In this document: one piece after another, positions 12,139-25,452 of the stretch
Layout of the letters: each line of letters begins with the position of its first letter
How positions within the stretch are numbered: the stretch's first letter is position 1
From: Octopus bimaculoides
Lineage: Eukaryota
Length of the DNA: 45,220 nt
Assembly (NCBI RefSeq): GCF_001194135.2
Contig: NC_068990.1
Location: 57,552,745-57,597,964 of the forward strand
Direction: 5' to 3'
Translations under genes and position numbers: made by a program
The notes under the pieces: generated by a model
What the model was told of the DNA's origin: nothing
Databases searched by the model: none
What the model saw: only the letters and a program-made list of their open reading frames with translations

Positions 12139-12332
12139 GTTTAGCAATTAAACTTGGCATATCCAACCCAAATATTCAAACTGGCCAGATCTAGCTTCTC
12201 ACATCTTCTCTATAATGTCATCCTAAAAATAAACAATCACATCATTGAAAGCTCAATAATTTGTGATAATTAAAACAATGGGAATAAATAAGTATTGCAT
12301 TTGACAGAGTAATCTGAATGCTAAAGGGTTAA
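12139..12332 (-). mobile_element. TTAA-flanked MITE (piggyBac-like ends), decayed
   Basis: Ends in AATGCTAAAGGGTTAA, and the body is the reverse complement of 19376-19615. Confidence 0.65.
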
Positions 12333-13800
12333 CTCCAGGTCAACCTTGGTCAAACAGATTTATGATCAAAAGTAATCCAATTTTGATATCTCATCATTTT
12401 TTTTTATGTCAAGGATCACATTGTCCAATATGATAATATTTTTGGGAGATTTTGCTACCATTATAAGAAAATCAAGAATTACAATGCAGTGATATGCCAC
12501 TACAGGTAAGTATGTGCATCACAGATTTATAAAAAAGACAACTGAAGGTTTTTAATAATCCATGCTAAAATTTGAACATCTTGAAAATTGTATGTAATTT
12601 TCTTATGCACAAGCATTATTAATGATAAAACAAGGAAAGCAGAAGTTTTCTTTTTCTCCAGATTTTTAACTTTTAAAAAGTTTCTACACACCACATGAAG
12701 TGTGCAAATAAATTTTTCCATGTCAAATGCAAGTGAAAAAGATTCACAACTACTAAATTAAAGCTCATTTATGTAAAATAATTATTACATGTGAGATCAC
12801 AAAATTAACACGAACAGTTGGTAAATGATCCAGTGTTATCACATAAGAATCTGGTGAAATGAATGATATTAGACAGTTGTCTTATTTATGGCTTGTTAGT
12901 TAAATTGCTTCTCATGGACATGCTGCTTGTATCAGTATTGCTTCAGTTCTGTATTTGTGGAAAAAGTATAAGAATTAACATTAAATGGTGAAGTTATTTT
13001 CAACAAACAAGCTTTCACTTTTCAAGGAAATCTGTCTTTCTATCAATGGATTTCAGTACGAGTTCTATAAATCTTTAAAATGTGCTAAAAAATATATCAG
13101 ATACATTTTGCTACCAAATTCTTAATGAATAATAAATGTCTCCATTTAAGTTGAAAAGCATGTCTACAGAATCCTAAATATAATAGATTCCACTAACATT
13201 TCTTTAGGCTCTCTACTTGGTCTCACCTTCACAATACTCTGATTTTTGTTTTGATTTGTTCTATGAACTGTGGTTTACACATGATATGCCATGGTATAAC
13301 CACAACATGGTATACCTATCAGTGACGGTATCCATACTTGCCCTTCTTAGATATTGAAAAACAAATAATTGCTTGCTAATTTTTTCATGTTTTAGTGTAT
13401 TGTCTCTCACACCTCCAAATTCACATTGAAAATCAAATTGATATATATGCCTTATCAGCTTCAGGGACAGTGCCATAAGCCACTGATATAGTAGAGCCAG
13501 ACAATGCAAAATGAAATGGTAGTTGCTTATTATATATGTGTTATATATATATATATATTTCATAGTTGAAATTTATGGAGAAACAAAAGACGAAGACAGT
13601 ATGAACAGCAAGCAGATGTATTACTTTGATGTTCAGGAAAATGAAAAAAGTCTTTTACATTTCTAGCCTATGTTCATCAATATATGTGAATGTGTGTGTG
13701 TGTGTTTGTGTGTATTTAAAAAAAAATTAACATCTTTTCTTCTCTATCTTTAACAGTTTGTCGAGTTTCTATAAGATACTTGTTCTATAAATTCTCATAA

Positions 13801-13874
<74 letters not shown>

Positions 13875-13901
13875 GCATATATATATATATATATATACAC
13901 A
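13801..13901. repeat. (CA)n/(TA)n microsatellite
   Basis: Read directly from the sequence. Confidence 0.95.
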
Positions 13902-14004
13902 CACCAAAGATTGGTGCTCAACTCCCTCTTGTCCTTCAGGCAATAACAGAAGAATTCAAGACAGGCTGCCTCTGGGAGCTACTCTTTGCTGTTGACCTTG
14001 CTTG

Positions 14005-15174
14005 TACACCTGAATCATTACCTGCAGTAGAGAAGTTCCAGGTATGTAAGCAAGATCTAGAATCAATGGGCCTTAGAGTTAACCGAGCAAAAACCAAAGT
14101 AAGTAGGAAGGCAGACAAATCACAAATCCCTTCAGGTAGATGGCCCTGCTCAATCTGTAGAAAAGGTATAGGTAGAAACTCCATAAGATGCACTCAATAT
14201 AAGCTTTTAACACATAAAAGGAGCAGCAATATTAGAGGAAGGTTAACAGGGAAATTAGCTTTTGCATGTGGAAGATGCACAGGTACAATAAATGGTAAAA
14301 ATGAGCAGAAAATAGACTCCATCAACTGCCAGGGTGGCAAGTTAGAGGTAGTAGATAGCTACCATTATCTAGGCAACTAAGTTAGTAGGGAAGGTGGATG
14401 CTCCAAGAGCATAGTTGTGAGAATAATATTAGGCTGGGCAAAGTTCAGAGAGTTCCTACCTCTGCTGGCAACAAATGGCCTCTCTCTGAAGGCAGTGAGC
14501 TGGCAGAAACGTTAGCACACCGGGCGAAATGCTTAGCGGTATTTTGTCTGCTGTTACATTCTGAGTTCAAATTCCGCCGAGGTCGACTTTGCTTTACATC
14601 CTTTCGGGGTCAATAAATTAAGTACCAGTTACGCACTGGAGTCGATATAATCGACTTAATCCCTTCGTCTGTCCTTGTTTGTTCCCTCTATGTTTAGCCC
14701 TTTGTAGGCAATAAAGAAATAACAAATGGCCTCTCTCTCTCAGAGTGATAGGCAGATTGTTTGATGCTTGTGTGTGAACAGCTATTTTGCATGGCAGTGA
14801 GACATGGACTCTGACAGCCGGGGCATGCATAGGCTTGAAAGAAATGAAGCCAGTATGCTTTGCTGGATGTGCAATATCAGTGTGCAAGTTTGACAAAGTG
14901 TAAACATCTTGAGAGAAAAGTAAGGCATAAGAGGAATCAGATGAGGTATGCGAGGGAAACAACTGTGCTGGTATGGTTATGTGATGCATATGGATGAGGA
15001 CAGTTATGTAAAGAAGTGCCGATCTCTAACTGTGGAGGGAACCTGTGGTAAAAGTAGACTCATGAAGACATGGGACATGGGACGAGATGTTGAAGCATGA
15101 TCTTTGAACTTTGAGCCTCACAGAGGTAACGATTAGTGCCAAGACATTTGGTGCTGTGCTATGCATGAGAGGAC

Positions 15175-15175
<1 letters not shown>
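14005..15175 (+). mobile_element. RTE-clade LINE 3' fragment (RT C-terminal half) interrupted by a SINE
   Basis: LESMGLRVNRAKTKV...WPCSICRKGIGRNSIRC...CGRC...LEVVDSYHYLGN...GWAKFREFLPLL. After the SINE it resumes as RLFDACV*TAILHGSETW...WYGYVMHMDEDSYVKKC. Confidence 0.9.
14488..14720 (+). mobile_element. Young family B SINE with 18-bp target-site duplication
   Basis: AACAAATGGCCTCTCTCT occurs at 14470-14487 and 14721-14738, and CpGs are retained. Confidence 0.9.
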
Positions 15176-15211
<36 letters not shown>

Positions 15212-15216
<5 letters not shown>

Positions 15217-15760
15217 TTATTATTTTTATTATAATGTTAGGGAATTACAAAATCCGAACTTACAAGGAAATACAGTATAATAATATCAAATTGAGTTGTA
15301 TAATGAAAAATATTTTTATAATTTAGAGAAGAACCACCATGGTGCAACTCACATGATGAAGGAGATCAGACACCATCAAGAAAAGCATACTATACAAAAT
15401 ACTAGTTTAAAAATCTAAAAAATCCAAGAGAAAATTTGTAGTACATGAAATCTATGAAATATTGGACTAAAAATTTAACTCAGTTTAGTAAGTTTATAAA
15501 AACAAAAGTGGATGAAAGTCCACGGTTGTTCATGGCCACATAAAAGTGGAAAATATCTGGTCAATCTACAATGAATCGATTAAGATAAATACCACTCATA
15601 ATGAGGACACTCTTCGGGTCAAGTAACATCAAAAAACGTATCCTAATATTTAAAAATGCAATAAAATAAGAAAAGTATAAAAATGTGTATGTTTAAGCAA
15701 AATTAGTACAAAAAATATCAAGGTTTTATAATAATAAAAATATCTATTCATTATATATAT
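15212..15760 (+). mobile_element. Second remnant related to the Penelope-like terminus at 28-260
   Basis: ATAATGTTAGGGAATT..CCGAACTTACAAGG..ATTTAGAGAAGAACCACCA matches ATAATATTAGGGAATAA..CCAACCTTACAGG..ATTTAGAGACGAACCACCA, and both follow (TA)n. Confidence 0.55.
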
Positions 15761-15795
15761 ATTATATATATTATATATATATGTATATTTATAAT

Positions 15796-15995
15796 GCGAG
15801 CTGGCAGAATCGTTATTATGCCAGGCAAAATGCTTAGCGGAATTTCGTCTGGTGCTACGTTCTGAGTTCAGATTCCGCTGAGATGGACTTTGCCTTTCAT
15901 CCTTTTGGGGTCAATAATTAAGAACCAGTGAAACACTGGGATTGATTCATTGACTAGTCTCCTCCTCACAAATTTCAGACCTTGTGCCTTTAGTA
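15796..15995 (+). mobile_element. SINE family B
   Basis: GCGAGCTGGCAGAATCGTT..CTGAGTTCAGATTCCGC. Confidence 0.8.
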
Positions 15996-16627
15996 GCAGA
16001 ATGTCACCATCAGTGCAAATAACATGAATTATGTAAACAAATGAGTTAACAAGAAAAAAATAGGAAAACAGGACAAGTAAACACAGGGAAATGACCCTTC
16101 ATTTGTTGTCGGTTGTCTATCAACTCCTCATTTCAAGTATTCACCGACAATATGAGTCTTCAAAGACAGTTGAGACAAACAAAGAAACTGAGCGAAACAA
16201 ACACAGAGGGTTGTTAGATCAGAATGAAAGGAAAATAGTGAATGCTGGGAGAAACATCTATTTTTGAAAAGAGAAAAAAAAAGAGAGTGAGAAAAAAGCA
16301 TGTCTGCTCTTTTGAACATTGGTGCAGGAAAAGAAAGATGTGAGGAAAGGAAAGATGGATGATGGTCATGTGTGAGCAATGAGAGAGTGAGGAAAAAAGA
16401 CAGACAGATAGAAAATGGTGAAGGAGGGACTCGTTTTCTCTCTTTCTTGTTGCTCACATGTGACCATTGTCCATTTTTGTTTTCCTCACGTGACCATCTT
16501 TTTTTTCCTGCATGAATGTTCAACAGAGTGGATGCGGTTTTTCTCTATATATATAGGCACTATAGATGGTGGGGTTTTGTGTATGTATACACGTATGTGT
16601 GTGTGTGTGTTTGTGTGTGTGTAAAAA

Positions 16628-16790
16628 CAGCCATTACTCTCTCAGAGTGGTTGGCGTTAGGAAGGTCATCCAGCCATAGAAAACCAAGCCAAATCAGACT
16701 GGAGCCTGGCGCAGCCATCCAGCATGCCAGTTCAGTCAAACCGTCCAACCCATGCTAGCATGGACAACGGACGTTAAATGATGATGATAT
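16628..16790 (+). mobile_element. SINE family C
   Basis: GAGTGGTTGGCGTTAGGAAGG...GGACGTTAAATGATGATGAT. Confidence 0.8.
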
Positions 16791-17124
16791 AATTATATAT
16801 ATACATACACATAAAGATAAGAATATCCTGGGGTCTGTGAGAAAACTCATTTAAATGAAATGGTTGGGAACCACTGTTTTAAAGGTTCTCTCTCAGTAAT
16901 ATATCTCTATATGTAAATGTATGTGACTTGAATTTTCAGCATAACTACAGTACAGTGTAAACTAGCAATTCATAAGCAGCATGTAAAAAGTTTGGCATCA
17001 GGAAGTACATCTGGTAATAAAACAATGCTTCAAAAAGTACCATCTAATCTATACCAGTATGGAAAATAGAATGTTAAAATACCATTGCTGATGATGTATG
17101 CATATGGATATATAATTATAAGTA

Positions 17125-17173
17125 TGTGTATATAAATATCAGTGCATGTGTGTGTGTATGTATGTATGCATAC

Positions 17174-17208
<35 letters not shown>

Positions 17209-17560
17209 CACAAACAAATATATATAGGTTCACATACACACACACATACACACGTGCACACATTCACATACACACATCTGCATATAAATGTGCATGTGTG
17301 TGTGCACATATGCACATTTATCTTGCTATGTTTGGCTAAGCTGTTACTTGCATACATGTAGAGGCACATTACCATATTAGCATATTAGTATCAGTGCATA
17401 TTTATTTTTTCACACATAGATATATACATACATACACACACACACACAGGTACACACACACACATACATACATATATACATACATATAAGTATGGATGTG
17501 TGTGTATGTATGTATATATATATATATATGGATGCATACACACACATATGCACATGTATG
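17125..17560. repeat. Compound (TA)n/(CA)n/(TG)n microsatellite tract
   Basis: Read directly from the sequence. It is the source of the YI/HT/CV-repeat ORFs. Confidence 0.9.
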
Positions 17561-19117
17561 CATAGTAGGCATATTTTTCTACAGTTCTTTTTCAAATGTT
17601 TATCAGGTCATACAAGTTGTGATATACAACAACGTTGCAAATATATTTATCATTTTAGACTTTGTCTTTTTTTTTTTTTTTGCTTTGCTTTTACTATAAT
17701 ATGAGTAATATCCATGGGGGCTATCTAATTCTGGTGGCAACTTATCAGCCTGCCTGTCAACTAATCATGCTGTAGTATTAGAAGAATATCTGTAGAAGTT
17801 AGTAAAAAGAGAATAGATCTTTATCTTCTCATTTTGTATATCTCTCTCTCCCTCCCTTTCTCCCTCCCTCTCTCCCTCTCACTGACTCTAGCTATGTATC
17901 TATCTCCATATCCATCTGTCTTTTCTTTCATATTTCTCTTAAAGTATTCTGGCACTTCACCCTAGTCCATCTGGCCGTAATCATTCACTGTGTTTTAGAA
18001 ACCTAATCTCCATTGAGTCCAGACTGTGATTCACTAGTGGAATTCATTACTGTTTTGGCTATTCCTCTAATCACTGTGATCTGTTTTTGTGGAGTCTGAC
18101 TTCATGTTATGGACCATTGATCTTCCACAGGCTAAATAGGCTGAAAGTTCTGCATCCTAAGATGAATACAGATTTTAATGGTAGCCACTATCACTAACAC
18201 CACACCTCCTACCAACACCAATGCCATCACTGATACCACCATCACTATATCAAAAAATGCTGCCACCACCATCTGCAAAAAAAAAAAAAAAACGATAAAA
18301 AATAAAAACAAGTAAAACAACACTAATATCAACTCCACCACTCAACATAAATCTTAATAAGATATACAGCAATCAGCACTCGTATTATTCATTATTTTAT
18401 TAGTTTTTATTTTTTTAAATAGGAAGAAATCTTTCTCTGTGTATAATGAATGTTATCAATCTATCAGTAGAGAGGGAATAATAATAGAGTTGGAGTTTAT
18501 GTGACTGAGCTTTGCTAGTGAGAATAAAAACTGATATTCATCAGTAAAAGTCAATGAGTAGGTTGAGATAGATAGCAGAGAGAGAGAGAATTAATCTAGA
18601 AATTATCAATAAAACAAACTGATTCCTGTAGAATATGGCAATAATATGAAGATGGATTTCGAAAAAATACAGCCAAGGGAAGTATAATCTAATTCCTCTC
18701 TTCCCACTGGGTATCTTTCAAGTATTCTTTTGCTGCTTGTGATTTCTTTTGTTTTTTTGTTTTTGCTTTGCTTTGCTGTTTCAACACCCAATATACTAAC
18801 CCATTTCCATCAGCATTGAATATTTATTTACTATGAGAAAACAACAACTATGTTATTCTATACCAGATGATGTTTTACCAAATAGTAAATCATAGCAATG
18901 AATGGATAAATAAAGTAATTTCTAAGTCTGCGAAATATTTTCATGAAACAGATTCAGAGCTTTTATTCGGTACTAATTAGAGAAAGTGACTGACATGGTA
19001 TTTTAGTAGGCTCCTCTCCTCTGGCATTACTGGAAAAATTTTTTTTTTAATATTTTGGAGAAAATACAATTATATATTATAAGTGGTAGTTATAGTTGCG
19101 TGTGTGTTCAACTAGAC

Positions 19118-19235
19118 CAGTGGTTCTCAACTGGAGTCCATATGACCCATTAGCATCCATGTAAAACTTTGTGGGGTCCACACAAGTGAAATAGTAAATT
19201 AGGGATCTACAGCAGTATTATAATGGTCCATGAAA
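19118..19235 (+). mobile_element. hAT (Charlie-like) MITE end
   Basis: Starts CAGTGGTTCTCAAC. A related start lies at 27679 (TAGTGGTTCTCA..CATATGA) and a reverse-complement end at 16861-16876 (TGGTTGGGAACCACTG). Confidence 0.55.
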
Positions 19236-19375
19236 AAATGTTACTTTAACCCTTTAGTGTTCAGATTACTCTGTTAAATGTAATACTTTTTCACTCAGTA
19301 ATGAATTTATTTCTTTGGAATTATAGTCTTTAGTTACTTTTAATTTGAAAGTATGGTTTGGTATTTTAAGAAATA

Positions 19376-19615
19376 TTAACCCTTTAACATTCACATTATT
19401 CTGTCAAAGGTAATGCTAGTTTATTCATATTATTTTTAATTAATCATTGCAAACATTTGCATTATCATGTAGCATTGAGATTTTGATGAGGTAGATGTGA
19501 ATTTTTAGAATGGCATTATAGAGTTGGTGTGAGAGGCTAGATCTGGCCAAATTTCTACATAAAACAGGTAGAGTATTTTGGCCAGATATGACTGGTTTAA
19601 ATGCTAAAGGGTTAA
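19376..19615 (+). mobile_element. TTAA-flanked MITE (piggyBac-like ends)
   Basis: TTAA-CCCTTTAACATT ... AATGCTAAAGGG-TTAA. A partial copy lies at ~19246-19375. Confidence 0.8.
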
Positions 19616-20247
19616 AAGAGATATTGTGAGACACTACTCCCTAAAATACAGGTGTCAAGTACTTAACCAAAATGAATTATATTAAAGTAGAACAATGAAT
19701 GAAATGATAAATAAGGAAAGTTTCTAACAATGCAGAAAGTTTTATGAAAGCCTTTATATTTCAGGCACAAAGGCCTAGGCCTAACTTCAGAAGGAATACA
19801 GTCAAAGAAATGTGTGTTTAGAAAGTTCCTGCTATTTTGGATAGTCCAGTGCTTATACTAATAGCAGCAGCTCTCTACTTCATATTAAATAAAAGAATGC
19901 AGAGAGAGATGTGGAGAAGAACAAGTAAAGTCCCTGCAAGTTGAGATCACGACATAATTTCAATCCTTGGTTGAAGCCATTTTATTTTACTAATGCTGCT
20001 TTATATATGTGGTCTTTGGGTGGCTTTAGTGGAGTCCATCCAACTGCAAGCATTTGCATTAGGTTTGTAATCAGAGGGTTACAACCCCCATTGCCTCAAC
20101 AATAATAGAAATCCTGAAAAGAGTCATGGATACTGCATTTCCTCCTCTGACTAATTGATTAGTAAAAAAGACCCTTAGGGGAAGGCATGAATTTCAACCT
20201 TTCTATAAAATACCTGTTCAACCTTCCAATAAAATACAGGACCATGT

Positions 20248-20453
20248 TTAATTCCTTAGCATTCACATTACTGTGAAATGTAATGCCTATTTATTCACAG
20301 TTTTGAATTAATCCTGCATTATCTCCTGTTATTGCTTATTTCTAGAATGACATTGTAGGGGTGGTTGTGAGAGGTAGGATCTAGGCTAATTTGAACATAA
20401 AACAGGTAGAATATTTGGGCCGGATATGAGTGGTTTAAATGTTAAAGGGTTAA
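20248..20453 (+). mobile_element. TTAA-flanked MITE, same family
   Basis: TTAATTCCTTAGCATT ... AATGTTAAAGGGTTAA, with the body colinear with 19376. Confidence 0.75.
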
Positions 20454-20700
20454 ATGGCAACCAATTTTTCTAATAGGTGCCAGAAACAGAATTATACTCA
20501 CTGTAATTTGTACTTGTGACATGGTTGTGATTGAAATTCTACTCTTTGTCTTTGTAGTTTCCATCTCTAGGGAAAAGCTTGAAGATGGGCTGATTCCATC
20601 AATCTCACTTGTCCTGAACATCTTTTATCTCTTACTTGTTTTAGTCATTAGACAGTGGCCATGCTGAGGCACTGCTTTGAAGAATTTTAGAGGAATCTAG

Positions 20701-20746
<46 letters not shown>

Positions 20747-21012
20747 GTATATATATGTATATGTATATATANNNNNNNNNNNNNNNNNNNNNNNNNNNNN
20801 NNNNNNNNNNNNNNNNNNNNNNNNNNNNNNNNNNNNNNNNNNNNNNNNNNNNNNNNNNNNNNNNNNNNNNNNNNNNNNNNNNNNNNNNNNNNNNNNNNNN
20901 NNNNNNNNNNNNNNNNNNNNNNNNNNNNNNNNNNNNNNNNNNNNNNNNNNNNNNNNNNNNNNNNNNNNNNNNNNNNNNNNNNNNNNNNNNNNNNNNNNNN
21001 NNNNNNNNNNNN

Positions 21013-21039
<27 letters not shown>

Positions 21040-21045
<6 letters not shown>

Positions 21046-21205
21046 AAGGGCTTCTTTCTGTTTCTGTCTGCCATGTCTAGTCACAAGGCTTTTGTCAGTT
21101 GAGGCTATAAGACACTTACCCAAGGTGCCACACAATAGGGCCGAACTCAGAACCATGATGTTGGGAAGCAAACTTCTTGTTGCACAGTCACGCATGCAGC
21201 CAGTA
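21040..21205 (-). mobile_element. SINE family A, 5' half
   Basis: Reverse complement of the family A head (CAAGGCTTTTGTCAG..CCCAAGGTGCCAC..GAACCATGATGTTGGGAAGC). Confidence 0.7.
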
Positions 21206-22542
21206 TGGCAAATAAAAGCAAAACCTTTGTAATTAGCTCTGCTTCCCATTCAAATTTACTAGTGTTATTTATGTGCATTTTATATTGCTACATATAGACA
21301 AATAGCTAAATTACTGGCTTTCCAACTGAGTGAACATATATTTGTGTGCATCATACTGGCTGGGTTATCTTCCAAGCTAAAATGACCCTCAGTCCAACAG
21401 TTGAGCTTACTCGGCATAACAACAAAGTAGTGGCTCAATTAACTTCTCGAAGATCTATCTACAACAGATGTAAGTATATGTGAGGGGAAATAATAACATA
21501 TCTTGATTGCAAAATTGAATATCATTCTCATTACATTGAAGTTTAATGCAATACAAACTGATGAATTCTGATGGAGAATTCAATTCCAGCACTGCGAAAG
21601 CTCATGAAACATTCATTAGGAAAACAATGTCCACAGCTGCCTGCCAAAAAACAGTGAAATGTACATACCCATGGTACTTATTTTACAACTTGGTGTACAG
21701 GAACATTGGAAATTGAACATCATTGCCAGAAACATGGTTAAAAACTAATGAAAAGATAATAAGCAATTCTCTGAGTTTCCCTTATTGGCTAGGGCCTAAA
21801 CAACTCCCTTTGCAGCATCTCTCATTGACAGAATCTTGGAGCCAAAATAGCAAAACCTTAACTATTTAGCTCATCCATAGCTTTATCTAAGCAGGAGAAA
21901 GCAATTAGAATTTAAATGATGTATAATACAATCAAATTACGACACATTTTCTCTTATACCTAATTAAGATTGATTGAAACAGCAGAGTAGTCAATCAAAG
22001 GAATTATAATTCCAGCCTTCGTTCCTTGCAATGTTTGTGTTTTCCAATATGTTAAAATATATTTAGAGCATCTTGTTATCTAACAGAAATGGTCAAAGCA
22101 AGATTACATTTCTTAATTATTTGTTGTACTGGTCAATTTAATTTGCCATTGATTTATGTCTTCCAGCATTGAGAATTGTTGGTTGAAATACTTCAATCCA
22201 TTACTCTGTATCGAAAGACATGCCTAGACAATTTACTTCTGCACCATCAAAGGACAATTAGAAAGTTTAATTCCCTAATTCATTAAATTTACTTATTTTA
22301 ATGGCAAAGTAATAAATTACTTCATCAAATTGGTCCTGGTATGGAGACAAAGTAAAAGAATTAAAACTTTTGAAAAACAAAAGTTGCCTGGCGAACAACT
22401 TGCCAAATAATTATATATGATTAATGCAATTATGATATTATTAATACATAGATGATGATGATGCATACACATACATATCTAGAAAATCTCTCTCCCTATC
22501 TCTCGATATATATATATGTATGTATGTATGTATGTATATATA

Positions 22543-22910
22543 TCTTTTACTCGTTTCAGTGCTGCGGCACTATCTTGAAATTTCTAAAGCCTGGTACTTA
22601 TCCTATCAGTCTCTTTTGCCAAACCACTAAGTTATGAGACGTAGACGCACCAGCACTAGTTGTCAAGTGGTGGAGGAGGACAAACAAACACAGAGACAAA
22701 GACACACACGTATATAAATGTGTGTGTATGTGTGTGCATATATATATATGTATACACAACAAGCTTCTCTCAGTTTCCATCTATCAAATCAACTCAAGGC
22801 TTTGGTCAGCCTGAAGCTATAGTAGAAGACACTTGCCCGTGGTAACATACAGTGGGACTGAACTCTGAACCATGAGCTGGGAAGCAAGCTTCTTACCACA
22901 CTGCTACACC
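22543..22910 (-). mobile_element. SINE family A, full-length
   Basis: Colinear with 34680-35060. Confidence 0.8.
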
Positions 22911-23154
22911 CACCACACACACACTCACACACATATATACATATGAGGAGTGCCGAACAGTTGCTGGTTTTAAGGGTATTGTGAAAGGCTTGCTTGGATG
23001 CCCTACCTTCCAAGCTCGTTTACAGGGCTTAGAAAAACTGAAGGATTGTTGCCATAAGAGTGTGAATCTGAGAAGGGGATATGTTGAATGAAATCATAAT
23101 TAACTCATCTTGTATTTTCTGTTACCCAAAGTCAAAAACTTTACAGCACCCCTT

Positions 23155-23220
23155 TGTATATATATGTATATATATATATATGTATGTATATATGTGTGTG
23201 TGTGTGTATGTGTATGTATG

Positions 23221-23256
<36 letters not shown>

Positions 23257-23300
23257 TATATATATATATATACATACATATGTTTATATATATACAAACA

Positions 23301-23364
<64 letters not shown>

Positions 23365-23365
23365 T
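23155..23365. repeat. Compound (TA)/(TG)/(CA) microsatellite
   Basis: Read directly from the sequence. Confidence 0.95.
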
Positions 23366-23367
23366 TG

Positions 23368-24070
23368 ATGAGATGTGATCAAAGTCAGAAACAGGCCAAG
23401 ATGGACTCCCGGCTGTTCTCTTAAAGACATATAAAAGGGCTCTTGCAAAGCCACTGCAGATACACTTTCAGAGTTTTCTTGCATGTGGTAAACTTCCCAA
23501 CATTCTAAAAGAAGGTATAGTCTACCCTGTTCATAAAGGAGGGAGCAGAGCAGATGCTAAAAACTACAGGCCCATCTCTCTGACCTCACATGTTAGCAAG
23601 ACAATGGAATGCATTGTTAGAAAAAGGCTGATCACGTTCCTAGAAGAAAACAACCTTCTCACAAACACGCAACATAGCTTCTGTTCAGGGAGGAGCTGCC
23701 TCACACAGCTGCTGCAGCACTTTGACTGGGTACTGAAACAACAGCTAACCAGTCAGCTGTAGACGTGATATACTTCGACTTTGTCAAGGCATTGAACAAG
23801 GTTGATCATGGCATGATATGTCACAAGCTGCAAACCTTTGCTATTACTGGGAAACTGGGAGGGTGGCTGCATGACTTTCTAAAAGGCAGGAGTCAGACAT
23901 TTGTAACCAATAGTACTCACTCTAAAGAGACACCAATTCTCAGTGGAATCCCACAGAGAACTGTACTGGGGCCACAATTATTTGTGGTGACTCTCTCAGA
24001 CATGCTCTCCATGGTACAGTCAGCCAATCTGACCAGTTATGCTGATGACACAATAATATCACAGGCAATT
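23368..24070 (+). mobile_element. CR1-like LINE reverse transcriptase core fragment
   Basis: PVHKGGSRADAKNYRPISLTSHVSKTMECIV...QHSFCSGRSCLTQLL...DVIYFDFVKALNKVDHG...SGIPQRTVLGPQLF...SYADDT, with frameshifts and stops. Confidence 0.92.
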
Positions 24071-24071
24071 T

Positions 24072-24375
24072 GAGCGTCAGGCTCACAATCATGAGGTAGT
24101 GAGTTTGATTCCTGGACTGGGCTGTGTGTTATGTTCTTGAGCAAGACACTTTATTTTATGTTGCTCCAGTTCACTCAACTATAGAAGTAATGAGTTACAA
24201 AGTCACTGGTGCCTAGCTGTATTGGCCTTTGCCCTTCCTTTGGATGACGTTAGTGGCATGGAGAGGGGAGGTTGGTATGCATGGGAGGCTGCTGGTCTTC
24301 CATAAACACCCTTGCCTGGATTTGTGCCTCAGAGGGTAACTTTCTAGGTGCAATCCCATAGTCATGAATGAGCAT
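24072..24375 (+). mobile_element. tRNA-derived SINE family E
   Basis: tRNA-like head (GGCTCACAATCATGAGGTAGTGAGTTTGATTCC..TTGAGCAAGACACTTTA, similar to 28510-28600) with a distinct 3' body ending CTTTCTAGGTGCAATCCCA. Confidence 0.65.
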
Positions 24376-25452
24376 GGGATTGCACCACTTTATATGGATA
24401 GATGAAAGGTGAGCAGATGAATGCATAGAAGGTTGGATAGATGCAGAGGCTGGATTTAAAGTCAGAGAGATGGATAGATAAGCAGGTTGGAAAAATATTG
24501 TAGTCCGGTGAATTCAAAGAATCCTCAAAGAAACCCTTTCGTTCCAGTTTTGTTTGATGCACAACCACTTAAAAATTATTTGCTAACTGTATTGAAATAC
24601 TTAAGTTTTCTTTTCTCCTGCTTTTCAATAAATTTTTATTACTATTTTGGGCCTTCTTTATTGAATTAAGTTGAATATACATGTAATTATTAAGTAGACA
24701 AATTTGATAGAAAGCCATGAACTTAAAGTCAGTTTTTTTTTTTTTTATGAACTTCAATTTACTGTTTAGGATAAAACAAAAATTTGAAATTTTATGGTTG
24801 TATTTATTAATTTCTCAAAATTAATGGAAGTTTAGATTGCATTACATCAACTGTAAAGCATAAACACCTATGTTTAATTTAATGGATCTGATTACAACAT
24901 GGAGATAACTGAAAAAGGAAAAAAAAAACACCAATCTCTTGTCATCTTTTCAAGGTCCTGGTATAAATTATTTTCACACAATAAAATAAAATAGGCATGC
25001 TATAAATATACCTGCTATAGACTTTCAGAGAAATATAATGTGCTTATAGAGAACACAGAAGATCAACTTTACATTATACCACTCAAATAACCAACAAATG
25101 TAACTATGTCTCTGTGACTATTGCACTTAACTTTCATTGGAGAAGGTGAGCTAGCTTTAAATAAGTATCACAAAGGGTATAATGATCCTACTGTTCTCAG
25201 AAGTAGTAGTGCCACAGTTGTATAATTATTTCACTACTTTAAGAAGCAATAGTCTTAAAAAATTTAAGGGTGCTTTCTTAGTTCGTAATGTTAAATTCAA
25301 ATCTGGAGAAAACAAAATGAAATTACTCCAGTAATCCTTACTTGAATTGTTATGTGAAAATTACATCTTTAGTGATGATCTAATAAGATAATGAAACTAA
25401 CCTCCACCTCAATATTTTTTTGAAAATGATGTAGTGAAACACCATTTGCTTA

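Noticed and set aside
12416-12507. Open plus-strand exon candidate ending CAG|GTAAGT
   Set aside because: Most of it resembles a dispersed repeat also seen at 29.3-29.7 kb, and the peptide is unrecognisable.
13261-13563. 100-aa minus-strand ORF
   Set aside because: It starts in (TA)n, has no recognisable motif, and lacks consistent splice sites.
21558-21600. CTGATGA overlapping a perfect GAATTCT/AGAATTC hairpin
   Set aside because: No GAAA follows the stem and there are no stems I or III, so it is not a hammerhead.
17030-23484. Many YI/HT/CV-repeat ORFs (also at 38721-39560)
   Set aside because: They are translations of microsatellites and N gaps.
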